Below, one piece after another: positions 10,837 through 25,200 of a DNA stretch of 64,000 bases. The stretch lies in the NCBI RefSeq assembly GCF_000143415.4, contig NW_003314347.1:271438-335437 (forward strand), written 5' to 3'. Under the pieces are notes generated by a model that saw only the letters and a list, made by a program, of their open reading frames with translations, had not been told where the DNA came from and searched no databases. Positions within the stretch are counted from its first letter, which is position 1. Each line of letters begins with the position of its first letter. Both the position numbers and the translations under genes were made by a program. This DNA comes from Selaginella moellendorffii (lineage: Eukaryota > Plantae > Lycopodiophyta).

Positions 10837-12788
10837 GCACCCTTTAGAGCCATGTAGTTAGTGTCTTCGTAGAGTGAATTCAAATCACCTTCCAAGTGTT
10901 GTTTCCTGCACGAAGCAGCAAAGCTCATTCGTCCCAGCGCAGTAGGCTCGAATGGCATGCTCTCCATCAACTCCAGAGCCTCCTCCAGCCTTCCAGATCG
11001 ACCGAGAAGATCGACCAGGCAGTCATAGTGCTCTCGGCAGACAGGAAATCCAGGTACTTCTGCGGTCACGAACACGAACAAGCGTCTTCCGAAGTCCAAC
11101 AGACCTCCATGGCTGCACGAAGTGAGAACGTTCACTAGAGTGACCGAGCTTGGATCCAAGCCTTCGAGCAACATACACTGGAAGAGTTGAGCCGATCTCT
11201 CGCCGAGCCCGTTCCAAGCGTATCCAGACACTATGGTGCTCCAAGTTATCAAGTCTCTTCTCCGCATGCTTTGGAACACACCAAGTGCTTCCTCGACTGC
11301 TCCACACCTACTGTAGAAGTTGATCAGTGCGTTACAGATGACAAGGATTCCCGGAAAGTACCCGAGCTGGAGTATCCTTTCGTGGATCGCCCGTCCATCT
11401 CCGAGAGCCGCGGCTTCGGCACACGAATCTATCATGGTGGCGTAAGTCACGTAAGTTGGTCTGGTTCCTTCTAGCTGCATTCTTCTAAACAGCACGAAAC
11501 TTTCCTTCGTTCCAGCTGCAGCGAAGATCATAGCGTTCCAGGAAACGATGTCGTGGAAAGGCATGCTCTCGAACCAGTCCCGAGCAGAGCTATTGTCACC
11601 ACTTCGAGAAATGGCCACCAGCATCGCCGTGGAGCAAGCCAGTGTGTGAAGAGGCATCCGGCGGAAAAATTCTCTGGTACTCGTGACATCACCTCTTCGG
11701 CCGTAACTCGTGATCAAAGTGTTCCAGGAAACCGCGTCCCTTCGTAGATTGGTGTGAAAGATCTTCGCGGTGGAGGGCAAGTCGTCAGCTTCCGAGTAAA
11801 GACGAGCCATGGCATTGCACGAAAAGCCATCCCACTGCGGCATTCTGGAGAAGATACGCTCGGCAGGCTCTAAAGTTTGGAGGTGGTCACTGTTCTTGGA
11901 GAAGGCCGCTAGAACCGACGTCCAGGATGCGATGTTCCTCTCGGGCATGGAATCGAGTAGCTCCATCGCTTGGACACCGTCTGCAGTGGCACCGAGCCTC
12001 AGATTGAAAGAGACCAAGTTCCTCTCGGGCATCTTCTCGAAGATGGTCGCCACGGTTTCTTCGCGGCCCCCGGCTCTGGCGAAGGCTTGCATGGCCGAGT
12101 TGAGAGACACGATGCTACGCTCGGACATCGCCAAGAACAAGCTCCACGAACTCTGGAAGTGCCCGTGCTGGGCATAAGCGCTCACCATCTCCGTCCACGA
12201 GACGATACATCGCTGTGGAAGTTTTTCGAAGAGCTCTTCCAGATCTTCTAGCTGTTGCTGCTCTCCATCGCCAGTAGCGAGCATGGAGTTCCAGGAGAGA
12301 AGGTTTCTCCGCGGCATTGTATCAAACGTGTTCTTCGCGTCAATGTAGTAGCCATTCGAGGCAAGGCCTGCGAGAAGAGTGTTCCACGACACAAGATCTC
12401 TCTCGGGCATTCGCTGGAAGAGATCTCTGGCCTCTGGAATAGCGCAGGATCGAGCATAAGCAGCGAGTACGATATTGTGGCTCACCGTGTCAAATTCGGG
12501 GAGGATCTCCAGCATCGTCCTCGCGAAATCCAGATGCCCTCGCTGCGCAAATGCCGAGAGAAGGATGTTCCAGGAGAAGACATTGCGCGAGGAAATCCTG
12601 GAGAACGCATCGACTGCCTCGTCCAGGCTCCCGCAATCTCCATACATCCTCACGAGCGAATTCTCCAGTACCGTTGAGCGGTAGCCAGCGCCGAGAATCT
12701 GGCTGTGGAGCTGCCTGCCACGAGCTAGATCGCGTGAAATCCCACATTCCCGGAGCAGCACGGCGATCGTCGAGGATCCATTGCTCAT
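10833..12788 (-). CDS. PLS-class pentatricopeptide repeat protein (partial E domain, no DYW), intronless
   Basis: ~650-aa ORF of PPR repeats (MPERDLVSWN.., YSRCGAVEEA.., HYDCLVDLLGRSGRLEEA..MPFEP). First ATG at 12788. Confidence 0.92.
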   Translation of the reverse strand: MSNGSSTIAVLLRECGISRDLARGRQLHSQILGAGYRSTVLENSLVRMYGDCGSLDEAVDAFSRISSRNVFSWNILLSAFAQRGHLDFARTMLEILPEFDTVSHNIVLAAYARSCAIPEARDLFQRMPERDLVSWNTLLAGLASNGYYIDAKNTFDTMPRRNLLSWNSMLATGDGEQQQLEDLEELFEKLPQRCIVSWTEMVSAYAQHGHFQSSWSLFLAMSERSIVSLNSAMQAFARAGGREETVATIFEKMPERNLVSFNLRLGATADGVQAMELLDSMPERNIASWTSVLAAFSKNSDHLQTLEPAERIFSRMPQWDGFSCNAMARLYSEADDLPSTAKIFHTNLRRDAVSWNTLITSYGRRGDVTSTREFFRRMPLHTLACSTAMLVAISRSGDNSSARDWFESMPFHDIVSWNAMIFAAAGTKESFVLFRRMQLEGTRPTYVTYATMIDSCAEAAALGDGRAIHERILQLGYFPGILVICNALINFYSRCGAVEEALGVFQSMRRRDLITWSTIVSGYAWNGLGERSAQLFQCMLLEGLDPSSVTLVNVLTSCSHGGLLDFGRRLFVFVTAEVPGFPVCREHYDCLVDLLGRSGRLEEALELMESMPFEPTALGRMSFAASCRKQHLEGDLNSLYEDTNYMALKGA

Positions 12789-12841
12789 CAATCATCCTTT
12801 CCAAGAGCCCTAAAATCAAGAACCCTAATTTCTCCCTCGCG
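12789..12841. promoter_or_regulatory. 53-bp divergent intergenic region with a telo-box-like motif
   Basis: ATGs at 12788 (-) and 12842 (+). AACCCTAA at ~12821. Confidence 0.5.
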
Positions 12842-14779
12842 ATGGAAGGCCAGTTCTTTGGAGGCGCGGGGATGCAGCAGCAGCAGCAATTCGTGGCACC
12901 GCCGCAGCAATCCCCAGTCGCAGCGCAGCAGCCGTTTGGATCGCTTCCAGCGCCACCGCATTTCCAATACGGGTACGTCTCGCAGCAGCCGTTTCCTCCC
13001 TACATTGCCACCGCCGCGGCGGCGCCTCCTCCTCCGCCGCCTCCTCCTCCTCCGATCGCTCACAACAGCTTCTTCAATCCCTGGGAGATGCCGCCAACGC
13101 CCGTTCCTCCACCGCAGGACTCCGAGCTCCACAAGCGCATCGACAAGCTTGTGGAGTTCTATGTCAAGAACGGTCCCGGCTTTGAGGCACTGATGAAAGA
13201 GAAGCAAAAGGAGAATCCAGACTACGCGTTCTTGTTTGGAGCCGATGGCCATAGCTACTACCAGTACAAGCTCTGGATCACGATCAACCCCCACCTCGTG
13301 GCTTTCAATCCAGCTCTCAACATGGTGAACCAGGCTATAGGAGTTTCTGCTGGGATCACTCCACCGCCTCCGCCACCTCCGCCACCACCATCGGCGGCGG
13401 CGGCTGCGAGTTCCTTCCCAGCGTTTTTTGATCTGGCCGCCGCCGCTGCTGCCGCTTCTGCTCCGCCGGTCATGCATCACCCCCAGCAGCAGTTTTTCGA
13501 TCCAGCATTGGCTACTGCTGCTACGCAGATCATCAGCTCGGAGATGGTGGCGGAGTTGCATGGTTTGCTGGATAACTTGTCCGGGACTAAAGAGGCTATC
13601 AAGAACGCTAGGAACTGGTTTGTGCAAAGGTCGACTTTTGCTCCCACGCTGGTGGAAGTTCTTCGAGATAGAGTGACTAAATCCGATGGTAACGTTGACA
13701 GCCAGATGAACATCTTGTACCTTGTCAACGACATTCTCTTCAGCAGGTACAAAGCTCTCTTTTTTTTTCTTTCCCTTTCTTCTTTTGGTTGATAATCGCG
13801 ATTCTTTTCTCACAGCTTGCAGTCTCGACTCAACACCAAAGAGCTCGACGGCGTAGCACTGGCTTTTCGTCCTGTTTTAAGCTCCATCCTGGTGGCAATC
13901 TACCAAAATCCTCGGGTGAATGACGCCGAACGCGAACAGGTGGAGAAGATGCTACAGTTTTGGCGTACCAAGGAGGTTTACGATCCAGATACTGTTTATT
14001 CTCTCGACAAAGAGATGAGATTTGACTCAAGTAAGTTTGCTGGTTTTTCGTTTTCGTGGAGCTAAAATGTATCTTCGATACTTGCAGCAGCTGGTGGACG
14101 ATACGGAGAGAAAACATTGCCGCCGCCAGAACCAGAGAGGGATGAGGATCATCAGCTACAGTCGAGTGCTGCCAGCTTTCCAGCTCCTCCACAAAGCCCT
14201 TCAGTTGCTTCGCTCTTTCCAGCCTTGGCTCCGTTTCTTGCTGCACAAGCTCCAAGTACACAGACGCAACAGCCAGCAGGCCGGGCAGAGCAAGCTCCGT
14301 ATCCGTTTTTTCCACCGGGACTAATTCCAGGCATGGTCCGAAAGATGCAAATCGGAAGCGGCGTTCCATACTCCCCTCTCAGCCCGCTGGACATCCCGAC
14401 AATCATACCGTCATCCGCGACGTCGGAGTCACACATCATGGACCGAGTTTCGAAGTTTTTCAAGGAGATCGGAGAGCCTGATCCTCTAGCCGGGAAGTAT
14501 AAGCCGTCCGGGGACTCGGACGACGAGGGAGGAGGCAGCGGTGGTGCTCGAATTCCTCCACCGCCTCAGATGCAACAAGTCGATCCACAGACTGGAACTT
14601 TGCCGGATGGAAGTCTGGAACACAGACCGGGAATGACATCCACCGGAAGGTTGGGACTCGGGGCAGCCGCGGATCCAAACGAGGCCACGCAGTATGATGA
14701 TGTCTACACGTCGTACAGGAAGCAGCGGAGCACAAACTACCATACCTCTCTGAGTGCGAGAGCAGCGGCAGCACGATAA
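12842..14779 (+). CDS. SURP/SWAP- and CID-domain protein (CHERP-like RNA-processing factor), 3 exons
   Basis: SURP: [47 protein letters not shown]: [26 protein letters not shown]-terminal [17 protein letters not shown]. Confidence 0.88.
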
Positions 14780-15345
14780 AGATATTTGCAAGCTCTCACC
14801 GGTATGTGGCTTGCTTGTACTTTATCGTTCTTTTTTTTTCCTTCTTTCGTTTGTTTGCCTCTTTCTGGTTTCATTCTCTGGCTTTTCACAATGAGCGTCT
14901 AATGAGTGAACTGTACAGAGCTCTTGCGTGCTTTAGGTGTTGCGAGTGATCATGCCACCACGTTGACGGGTATGTTAGCCATAACCATGAGTTTTGTATC
15001 TTGTTTTAGTCTTATCATGAATCAGATATCTTGCGTGATATGGCTTTATCGATTGCTGTGAGCCTAGCGTGGTTTGGTTTACAGGAGACAATGCTATCTT
15101 GGAGCTAGCGTTTGTATTGCTCCTCTGTCCCGCAGAGAGATTTATCGGTGGCAATCGACACTCGCAAGCCAAAAAAAGGTGAAAATACATTAACTGGGAC
15201 TTAAGCTTAACATCTACTTAGCAGAGCCTCTTGCTTTTTTCTTTGCTAATCAAGGAATATCCGCTTTTGTACAGGAGCTACAGAATCGGCGCCGGCGAAA
15301 ACAAAACAAGAAAAAGGGGGGAAAGCTCAAGAAAATTCTGGAGAG

Positions 15346-17419
15346 CTAGCACCTTAGCAGCAGCAGCTCTTGTGGTGGCGGAGCTTCCGAATGCTCTGCC
15401 AAGTGGTACCCGGGCCTTCCAAGTGTGAACTCCAGGCTGGGGACCTTGGGAATCATGTGGCTCATGCGAGAGGACATGAGCTGGGAAAGCGTCGTTGCAC
15501 TAAACTGTCGCTGCTGGAGGCCGTCCTCAATCTTCATCGCACCCTGAGAAAGAGAAAAGTGAAGCCGTCATCAAAAAGATGTCAAGCCCGAAGAGACAGC
15601 AACAACGTACATGAGACGTCTGCTTCATATGTTGCTGCCACAGACCATCGCTGAAGCTCGGCCGCGGTACGACTTCCTGCGATCTGTGAGCAGCAAAGCG
15701 GCATCAGTATGTTTCTCGGTCACTTGCGAGCTCAAAAGACCGCTTTTTACCTTGGACATCGACTTTGAAGAGCCGGCTCGTCACTGTATCTGGGTTGGAC
15801 AGCCTCCGGCTTCCACTGCATGAGCTTGGGATCATCCATCTTTCTCATCTCCGCAGACGACACATGATCTGAGAGACATGGAAAGACACAGTGAGACAGA
15901 CTGCAGCAAACAATCTGGAGGCTTCTACATATTTTCTTTCGAGGGCTTCGCTTCTTCTCTTTCTGGAGGATTGGCGGACTACTCACCCGTGGAAGCTGAT
16001 TTATCAGTGGTCTTCACCGTGCGGTACATCTGCATTCCGGGATTTCGTAAACTAATCAGCATATGGCTTTTCACTGTAGGACAGTAATGCTTCACATGGG
16101 GCAGGATATGCAGTGGGATAGTCTCAGCAAGACAAGAAATGATAGCTACTACGTGACATGAAATCGAGACGACAGTCGGTGTTCTTGGATGGAGCTGTCA
16201 AACAAATTCAAGAGCTCGGGAGGAGGAACGAGCCAAGAAAATCCCAAGTTCGGAGTTTCTACATGGATTTCGAGGTGGAAATTTCAACTGGTGGCTGTGA
16301 TGATCCAACCACGCACAGTGCCGTGAGGAAAGGGGGAGCGACTCACCTGTAGATGGCTCTTGACGTGTGCCAAGGTGAGATCTTTGACGTTCATAAGCTC
16401 CAAGACTGATTTGGGAGTTGCTCCTGCAGGATAGACAAACAAAACATGAGCCTTTTATCATCACCCAGGCAGTGAATGACTAGACTCCAGAATTGAGACC
16501 AGGAAACTCAGACAAAAAACAAAAGTGACCGGCAATCGATCGAAACTGAAAACTTACTCTCATGTCCCCCGAGAAGCTCCACCGCGTGAACGAAATGCGC
16601 ATGGAGGGTGCTCGTCCATCGCATCCGGGGAGCTCGGACATTCCTTTTGACTGGAAACTTGGAGATATATCTGGATCGGAGGCTGGAAGTCGCTGCATTG
16701 CCAGCCATCAAAGGGGTCGGGACGCTGCTACCGCAAGAGGAAGAGCTTGCATCAAACAAGGCACTCAAGCTGCCATCTCTCGTCGTCGTCGTCGTCGCCG
16801 GCGGCGGCGCCACCGCACCATTGCTCATCCTGACGCTGGAGAAGCCGCTCTGATACAAGTTCATCATTGCCGGGGACGAGTATCTTTGGAGCACTTGCTG
16901 CAGCTGCTGCTGCCGATGGTGGTGGCTTGTTGAACAAGACGAAGAAAACTGGACAAAGCTCGCCTTGTGCTGCTCGGCCTTGGAGTCCGTCGAGTCGAGG
17001 CGGCTGGAAAACGAGCGATCTTCTCCGAAAAGCGGCACCTTGGAAGGCTTCCTTTCGGTGTCATCAGCCCCTACTGATCTATTCTTGTCAGCTCCTCCCA
17101 AGGCGTCGAAGTAGCGACTTCCCAACGATAGCTGGATGGAAGTCTCTCCCCCGGAAGAATTGCTGGAGGAGTTGTCACTGGCGAGGCTGCTGCTAGCTGC
17201 ACTGTTGATGCTGCTCCTCGGTGGACTACTCTTGCTGAGCTCTACAGTTCCGGAGGAGGAAGACAAAGGTCTGGTGGTGGTCCAGAGCTGGTGGTCCGTG
17301 AGGCCACTGGAAGCCGCTGGGCTCGGTGCTGCTTTGCTTGTGGAACACGGCGGACTGATCTGCAAAGACAAGTCAGGGAGCAAGAGCGTTGGTGTTGCTG
17401 CCGCATTGGAAATCTCCAT
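15346..17419 (-). CDS. KAN: KANADI-type GARP (G2-like Myb) transcription factor, ~6 exons
   Basis: [11 protein letters not shown]-terminus. [26 protein letters not shown]|[26 protein letters not shown]|[11 protein letters not shown]-terminal [10 protein letters not shown]. Confidence 0.92.
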
Positions 17420-20400
17420 GGCAACGAGTATGAATGGTGTTGCTTCTCTGGACGTGGAAGCAGTGAACTAGAATTCGCAGGATCTAGACGACCGACGTCG
17501 CTGGTGGTGATTGAGCCGCGAGAAGAGCATCAACAGTAGTGGTGGTGATCCATACACAAGATCGAGAAGCTGAGAAGAATGGTGGACGAGTCAGCAATGG
17601 GGGAAGTAAGTTGTCTCTATACGGATCATCTAGAAATGACGGCAGGCTTGTTATGTTCTACACAGGAGTTTGTGCGCCCTGGTACACCTGGACACCCGCT
17701 CCAAGAACTCGGCCTGGTCAATAAGTTGCCTTGTGACACACGATCTCGGGGAAACCAGCTATCTAGCTAGGCTTTCTGCGCTGGGTGATGATGATGATCT
17801 TATCAAAGCTCTCCCGGAGACAATAGAGGTAAGTAACACAGGCGCATTTCCTTTCGGTCCTTCCTCCTTCACAGGAAGACGTTTTCCTTCTCTCCTTTCC
17901 TCGCCAGGCTCTCTCACTCACTTCCCTCGCTCGCTTTCGCTTTTGCAGTAGATCGCGGGCCGCGCGCTCAGGAGAAACAACGAGAAAACAAGGCAAAGAA
18001 CTGGAAGAACAGCAACATATGCACGAGTGTATATATATCAAAGCGGAGTCGATCTCCTCCGTCAGGCAAGCGGATATTCCGTGTGGCGAGCACCCGTGTG
18101 AAATCACCCAGCGTGAAATTCCCTCGCCGCGGCACTGTAACCCCTTTAAGCGCGAGGCTTAAAACATGCTTTGCTTTTTCTCGGTGGTTCTTTTGCTGGG
18201 GAAGTGACCTACCCTTAAGAACTTATCTCTTACTTGGCTTGAGAGGCCATTCAACTGGAGATGCCATATACTTTTCTTCGCAAGGAGAATATCAACCTCG
18301 TCTCCTCACGCACACATGTATATAAAATTTGTGAGGAAAGAAGCCCAGCCTAGGAGAATTTTTATCATGAGATGCGACCGACCACTATACACCCAACAGA
18401 GAAAGAGGGAAGTTCCTTCTTAAGCAAAGCAGTATAAACGGACCCCACAACCATGGTACGCAGAAGAAATAGAAATATAAAGGCGTGGTTTTGGTTTATA
18501 ATCGTGTTTGATTGAATGCCAAAGCTTTGTTTTTCTCATTTTTATTTTGCCTTTTGTTAGCATGCCAGCCCAGAGGGACACAACAGTGTGGTCCAGAATC
18601 TTTTGCAAGAACACTTGTGGCAGGCGGAATGGAAGAGGAGAGAATGTTGACAGCTTTGGTTATATATAACAAAAGATCAAGTTTTTATTAAAAAGCTTGA
18701 TTTTGGCAATATTTGTAAATAATATAATTTATAAATTAAAAAGGATTCACCTCTGGACCTTTGGTGGCTGGATTCCACATGGAATGACTTTTGTTCAATG
18801 GAGAGGTTTTGTTTTTTTACTATCAGGTTCTACCACTCGTGGAGTGGACTGGTATGACTTTCACCGACACTCTACTTTGCTCTTTATATAAAAAAAGTTT
18901 TTGCACTGTGGTCAAAAAGTCAATGTGTGGGATTTCAACCAAAGGTCAAGCCAATGTAGGGTCGATTTTCCAATATCAAACCCACAGCCACCATAATATT
19001 CTTTCGCGTACAAACTAACCAAATTAGCGGGTCTCTAGATAAATAATATCTCAAATCTGAGATATTTCATCTCTCCATCAACTACACATTTAGATGCAAA
19101 CTCTTGGTGTTGGCATCTGTGTCGACACCACAGCTCTAAACCATAGTATGAACAGGGTTCTTAAATTTTTTTATAGTTGTATGTACGTAGGAGATTGTCA
19201 ACCTGCTCACGATAGCCTTGGGTGGCTTAAACAACGTATGTTGACACTAAACTAGTGTCATTATCACTGCATCACGGTCAAAATACAAGCATTTGATTGA
19301 TATTCCTCTTAAATTCTATTAAAGCAACCAGAGAGTGACAAAATTAAAAAGAACAAAAAGCCAGATGCTGGCTTGTTTATGCATTTTTGCAGCGCATACA
19401 GTTGGAACAATGACAATCATACCGACAGGCCATGGTTTTAGTCGGTGCAATACTTTTGTAGTAGCAAGGCAACCCAGGAAGTTGCATGGAAGAAAGAACG
19501 AGTGGACACTCACTTTGAATGAAAACAACATCATTGCTGCCATGTCTTTAGGGTTTCTCAAGGTGGTGGTGGTGGTGCTGCCCAGGGAGGTCCCCTCCTC
19601 TCTCATCTATCTCGTCTTCCATGCTATTGACAAGCCAACTAAAGACACTTTGCAAAACCATGCAACTCTGCAAATGGAAAGATCCGTGGATTTTCCCTTC
19701 CTGGCAATTGGAGATGAATGTGGCAGCACACTTGTGGTCCTATGTTCCAGCACCACAACTTTGCTTTGCTTGGCATTGACAAGAGAAAGTTGATATTGAA
19801 TGCATGCAGCTTCTTCATCTTTTTGATGCATATACAAACGAGGAGGTTCGCACTGGACCACCAGTTTTCTTCTTCTTCTTCTTCTTCTTCTGCTTCTCTC
19901 TCAATCAACGACCGGAACTATCCCAGCAGCCACTTAAATTCTATACCTGTCAATCAGAGACAAGACCCAAAACTTTCCGGAGAGACAGACAGAGGCATGT
20001 CTACAATTTATATGATCCATCGCAGCTCTGCACAGGTTGTCAAGATGGAGGGGCCTGTGTTCCTTCGCTCCGATTTCGCAACTTGCAAGCGACCAAGAAA
20101 TTCCAAACTTGATAATAAACCTCTAAGCACGCAAGATTCAACCTCTCCAAATTCCCACGTAAAACAATCCAATTCCTCCCTTTACAAGGTGGACAATCCA
20201 GTACTTGAAAGCCAAGTGACGCTCGCTAGGACGAGGTATACAAACTGCCCAGCAACACGAGACAAGGAGTACAGCAAATTACTAAAAGCCTCCCTTTGAA
20301 TTGAAGCAGATTTACGTGCTAAAGTATTTTGGGTGGTGGCAGCTGTCGAATCTACATTACATTTTGTATTGGATACGACCCAGAAGTAGATAAATGAAAA

Positions 20401-22205
20401 TACAACAGGGGATATATATATATATATGTATATGTGCCCAGAAGAGGCATCTGGGTAAATACAATCTTAATTGCCCGCGAGAAAAGCGAGAGAAAAAAAG
20501 TATACAAAAGCAGTCGTAGTAGATATGGGAGTCCTATCATACCATTTACGAGCACCGCCATATTCTGAACCAGTACTTACTTCAACCTCTGAATTCGACG
20601 GCCTGCCTTGCTGCATTATGAGACAAACGAGTACTCAGTTCTCGACTAGGTAGAAACTTTTGTCATCTTTTAATATATATATTTTCTACATTTTAAAATA
20701 TATATTTTTCTTTCCTGTAATGTTCCTCTTTGCGTTTTTTGTAGCTAGCAGCCAATTCTATTGGCATTTATGCGTCCAAATACCTACAAGGAAGACAGGG
20801 CTACGCGCATCGTGCGGAAGAGTGAACGACCGCCACCCTTGGGCAATTCCATTTCGGTAGATTTCGGGAGCCTCGTGTGCATGCATGCTTCACTGACGTG
20901 CTGAGTCACGCGCCACGTCAAACGCCCACGTAGCAAGATGGCTTTCTCCACACATTCTGTTCTATGTTCTTTTGGCCGTATATTCCCGATCCATAATAAT
21001 TCTTGATACTTGTCGCCTGCGTAACAAAGGCAATGGAAGGAATATATGAATCCATATAAATATGATCTATTCAGCGACACTGCTTTTGTATCTTGGGAAG
21101 AGGAGAATATATAATAATTGCGTTGCACACCATGGAGCAATTTGGTTTTCCTTTTTCTTGTTGTATCAAAGACCCGTGAGACCGGAGAGACGAACACTTG
21201 CAAAAGAGACACGCCACAAGACGCAACTTGTGTGGTCGCTTTGGAATGTAACAACGTAAAAAGCTGGCCTTGGCAACTTGTGCCGCCATATAATGTTTGG
21301 AGGAGAAACGTTTGATATCGGGATATCATATTAGCCATGCATCCAATCTTTTCTTTATTTGAAACACTTGTGTGTTATAAACTACGAGCGAGCTCATGCT
21401 CAAGGACTGATTTTGCATTTCGCTATCACAACTTTTGAATGGACCACCAGGTGCAAAAGGAGAAGTTTAACTCCATGTCTCTTTTCTACGACTTTTTTCT
21501 CTCTTCTTGTTTGTCACCATGCAGCAGCCCAGACTTTGACCGCGCATGAAATGAAAAAGCTCTCGCGACTTGTAAACGAATTTCACTATCTTGGATTTTG
21601 ATGCGCTTGAAATTGCGCGGGCTGGTTTGAGGGTACTTTTCATCGCAATGTCTGGGCCAAGTGTCATCGTCGCTAAACCGTGGACCATAAGAAATCTTTT
21701 GGTTGACAGCAAGTAGAGTTTTCGCATCCAGACGATCCAGCCAGCTGCTTGTCTCGATCAAAACGTGATGCTTACTTGTGTGTTGCTGCAAACTTGGCCA
21801 TGGCTGGCACAGCCCAGCCCAATCAAGACTTGTAGTATTCCAATCTCGAGTAAAAGAATGAGATCCTGTTTTGTCGTGTAAAGTATAAGAAACTGAGGGG
21901 CCCTCGTGAGTCAAGCTTGGAAGCTTGGGTAAAAGTCAATCACTTCGACCCAGCAATCATAGATATATTATACGTGTATGTATGTTTATGTATACATGGG
22001 CATATGTTTGCAAGGATCTTGTCTTGATTTTAAGCCTTTGCAATGTTGCCATGTGCCAGTGTCATTTTCCTAGCAGGAACCTTAACCTCTCCAGATTTGC
22101 AAGCCTTGAAAGTTCTTGAATGCCCTTCTGACTCATAGGAAGTGTAACCTTGTCACATGGAAGAAACAGATCGAGTGATATATATTCCCACCAATGCATA
22201 TCAGT

Positions 22206-22213
22206 CACACACA

Positions 22214-22249
<36 letters not shown>
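22206..22249. repeat. (CA)n(GA)n microsatellite
   Basis: Read directly from the sequence. Confidence 0.9.
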
Positions 22250-22251
<2 letters not shown>

Positions 22252-25200
22252 AGCTTACATTATTTTGTGCCAAATCTTCTGCCAGTTTCAAATACTTTAG
22301 TGAGAACGGCCGTACATATTCCTATTTTGCACGTTGGTACTGTCATGCAAGGAAGAAATGTACCCTTGTCTTCTCTAGCTGCTGCTGGTTGTTGAAAATG
22401 GAAACTGTTAATTTGTCTTCCGCAGCAAAAGAAAGGGAATTTTCTGAAGAAAAAAACTCAAAATCTCCCAACAATAAAAAAGAAAACGAAAAAAGAAAAT
22501 GTCAACAAATCCATCAATCAAAAAGCTGTTACCATCTTCGCACACTGCACAGAGCTTCTATATATACGGCCACTGGAGCTGCTGAAAGCGCTCCCGAACG
22601 TACGGTTTTAGCTTTAAGGAGGAGGCAAGTAATTTCAATGCAAATGTGCCAATGCACAAAGAGGGTCCTAAATCACAGTCTGCCTCCACCCCTGCAAAAT
22701 GCCAATTAAGGGCATTTTGCCCCATTTGTTGTTGCAAAGACAAGCTTTTGACTGGTTAAAAAAGAAAAGGAAGAAAAGTACTATAAAAGACAAGCCTGCA
22801 ATACAAAGACAATTATTCTTCCACTAGCCCTTGTTGCTTTCATCCCCTTGAATACAGAATTGGATACCCAGCAGAAGTGAAGTGCAGGTAACTCCATGCT
22901 GCTGCTGTTAGTGTCAGCCTCAAGTGCCTAATTGTGGCATTCTTGCAGGTAAGAAAAACAAATGCATGCATTGTCACAATTATCAATATAAATATACCAT
23001 GACTTGAATGCTCATATCCAAAAGTGCTAGGAACTCTGCCCCATGAATCAGCCCAGGTGGAAACCCTCTTGTACCATTCTTGTCACTAGCTAGCCATAAC
23101 TGCATTATGTTTTACATGTAGAGGTGAATATAAGAGAGACTCCCTTTCAGTGCTGCAACTTTTGTGTGTGTTGTTAATAAGCATTAGAAAAGAAAAAAAA
23201 ACACACAAAGACCGTGCAATATAACCTCGCTGCATCAGAAACTTGCATACCTATATCATATCTCACCTCTTTGTTTCCATTCAATCCAGCAGCAACAAAG
23301 GAATCTCCCTGTACTCTTTAATGCTCTTGCTTCTCTCTGAGCAAGGAAAGAACAAGAGGGCAGAGCAAACACCTACGTAGTCTAGACTGCAGGGCTAACA
23401 CCAATTCCAAGCTCCTGCTGAATGATAAGTTTCCATGGAAATTTTAGCTCCATTTTCCTTCTTTTCTATATACAAAAGAACTAACTATTTACTGTCCTGA
23501 ATTATCAAATCTCTCATGTCAATCCAACAGTGTCTGGAGAGATGAATCGATGGAATGGGCATTTATCATCATTAACTCAATCATTAACTGCCTCCAGGTT
23601 CTTCACACCTCCCAAGAAGTTCTCAAGCTTTTTAATATACTAAATTTTCTATGTCTTTCTTTTTCATTTTTTATATGCCAATACTAATGCCACCATTCAT
23701 AAGACCTGGACCAACTGAGAGCTACTGCTGCCCCCTGGGGAAGAAGATACCTGTATCCACACAAAACTATGGATGCTGACTCCTGGCCCTGCTTGAGTCC
23801 GTCCCATAGCATCAAAGCATATATCCATGAATCTTTCTAAACATTCCACCTCCTCTTATTCTGTACCCCCAACCCCAAGGGCGCCAAAACTTCTATGAAA
23901 AATTGTTATTTCTTTTTATTTCCAAAATCAACAAGAATGATTGATTGCACGGATTGCAAAAGATATATTTCGCACAACTTCATTTCTTTGAAAATGAAAC
24001 ACAAACAAAATAGCAGTGATCTTTTTGCTAAGCAACAGAAAGAGACAAGCTTCACCACATGGTAAGCCATTTGTATGCTCTTTGGGATCCTCGAGGAAAA
24101 TTCATAATAATAATGCACGTTTTTGGGGTCTGTTCTGGTGTTTCCACATAGAAAAATTGCAAAAAAACTTGGACAAGAACCAGAAGAATAAGAAGAAAAC
24201 CAATTTAAAGCCGACGAAGGAGGCACAGCTTTATGCTTGAATGGAAGTACCAACCAAATGGTTTCATACATTGTTCCAACTTCTGCAAAAAGAAATGGTG
24301 GTTCATAGTGCAGGATTTTCAAGTCAGCCTTAAATCTTTTCTTTGACAGCAGATCCCAAAATCTCAGTGAGTATTTTCCAAGGCTTCTGAATGCCTGTTG
24401 GGCAACTTGATTCTTACATCAGCTTTGGCAGCACGCGATGTCTACTCTTTCCTTTCTCATAATAATATTATTGTGTTATTTATCATTGGATCATCTTGCT
24501 GGAATGAACATCTCGCTTTGACTGAAAAATGTATGTTCAACATACACATACACCACACCAAAGAGAAAAAACATGATCCAAAACATTCTTTACGTGCAGC
24601 ACGTCACAAGCGAGTTCCTTTCCTTCATGCCCAAAGCGGAAGAATCAACCTTAACAAGAGCAGAAGAGCTTTGTATAAAATACCACGAGAAAAAAAAAAA
24701 GGTAGATCCAAAGATATGGATCTTGCAAGATTGACTTCTGCAATTCCCATCAGTGTCACCGACGATGGCGAACGAGCGATGGCTGGATGGATGAGCTCGC
24801 AGGAGGAGGTTCCCGCCACCCTCGACGACTACGCGAGCTATACACCGACTTCTTCGTGCTCCTCGAGCTGTGCATGGGGATGGAGTTCCACCACGATGAT
24901 CTCTCAGGCTCTTTGAAGCTCCTCTGCGAGTCCCTGTTTATCGCCATGATCTCCAGATTTCGCGAGACTCGTACGAGCTGTGGAAGAAGATGCCGCGAAT
25001 AATCACTGGACCCAGCTGCTCAAGTACGTACGAGCGCTTCGCTACGTTCTCTAGGACTGGCACCATGTCTCTGGAAGATATCACAGCTTATAAGATTCAA
25101 ACAAAGAGAAGAAAAATCACACCACGGTTGCCAAGAGAGAAATCGAGATACCAATAACAGCTGCCGGGAGTGTCAAACGTGGCTTGCAAAAAATTCCAGC

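Noticed and set aside
12788-13813. 341-aa antisense ORF (and similar long shadow ORFs at 7059-7796, 8405-9076, 25975-26727, 29506-30252, 33361-34038)
   Set aside because: Shadow frames of GC-rich real genes, with no recognisable domains.
17508-17520. TGATTGAGCCGCG, identical to the 5' 13 nt of miR171
   Set aside because: The match breaks after 13 nt and no complementary star arm or hairpin is visible.
19319-21914. Several 90-190 aa ORFs in the KANADI upstream region
   Set aside because: Non-ATG starts or low-complexity content, with no known motifs or conserved-peptide uORF signature recognised.
24398-25002. GC-rich short ORFs (172 aa and 71 aa) on the + strand
   Set aside because: No recognisable family or splice structure, so a gene call cannot be supported.
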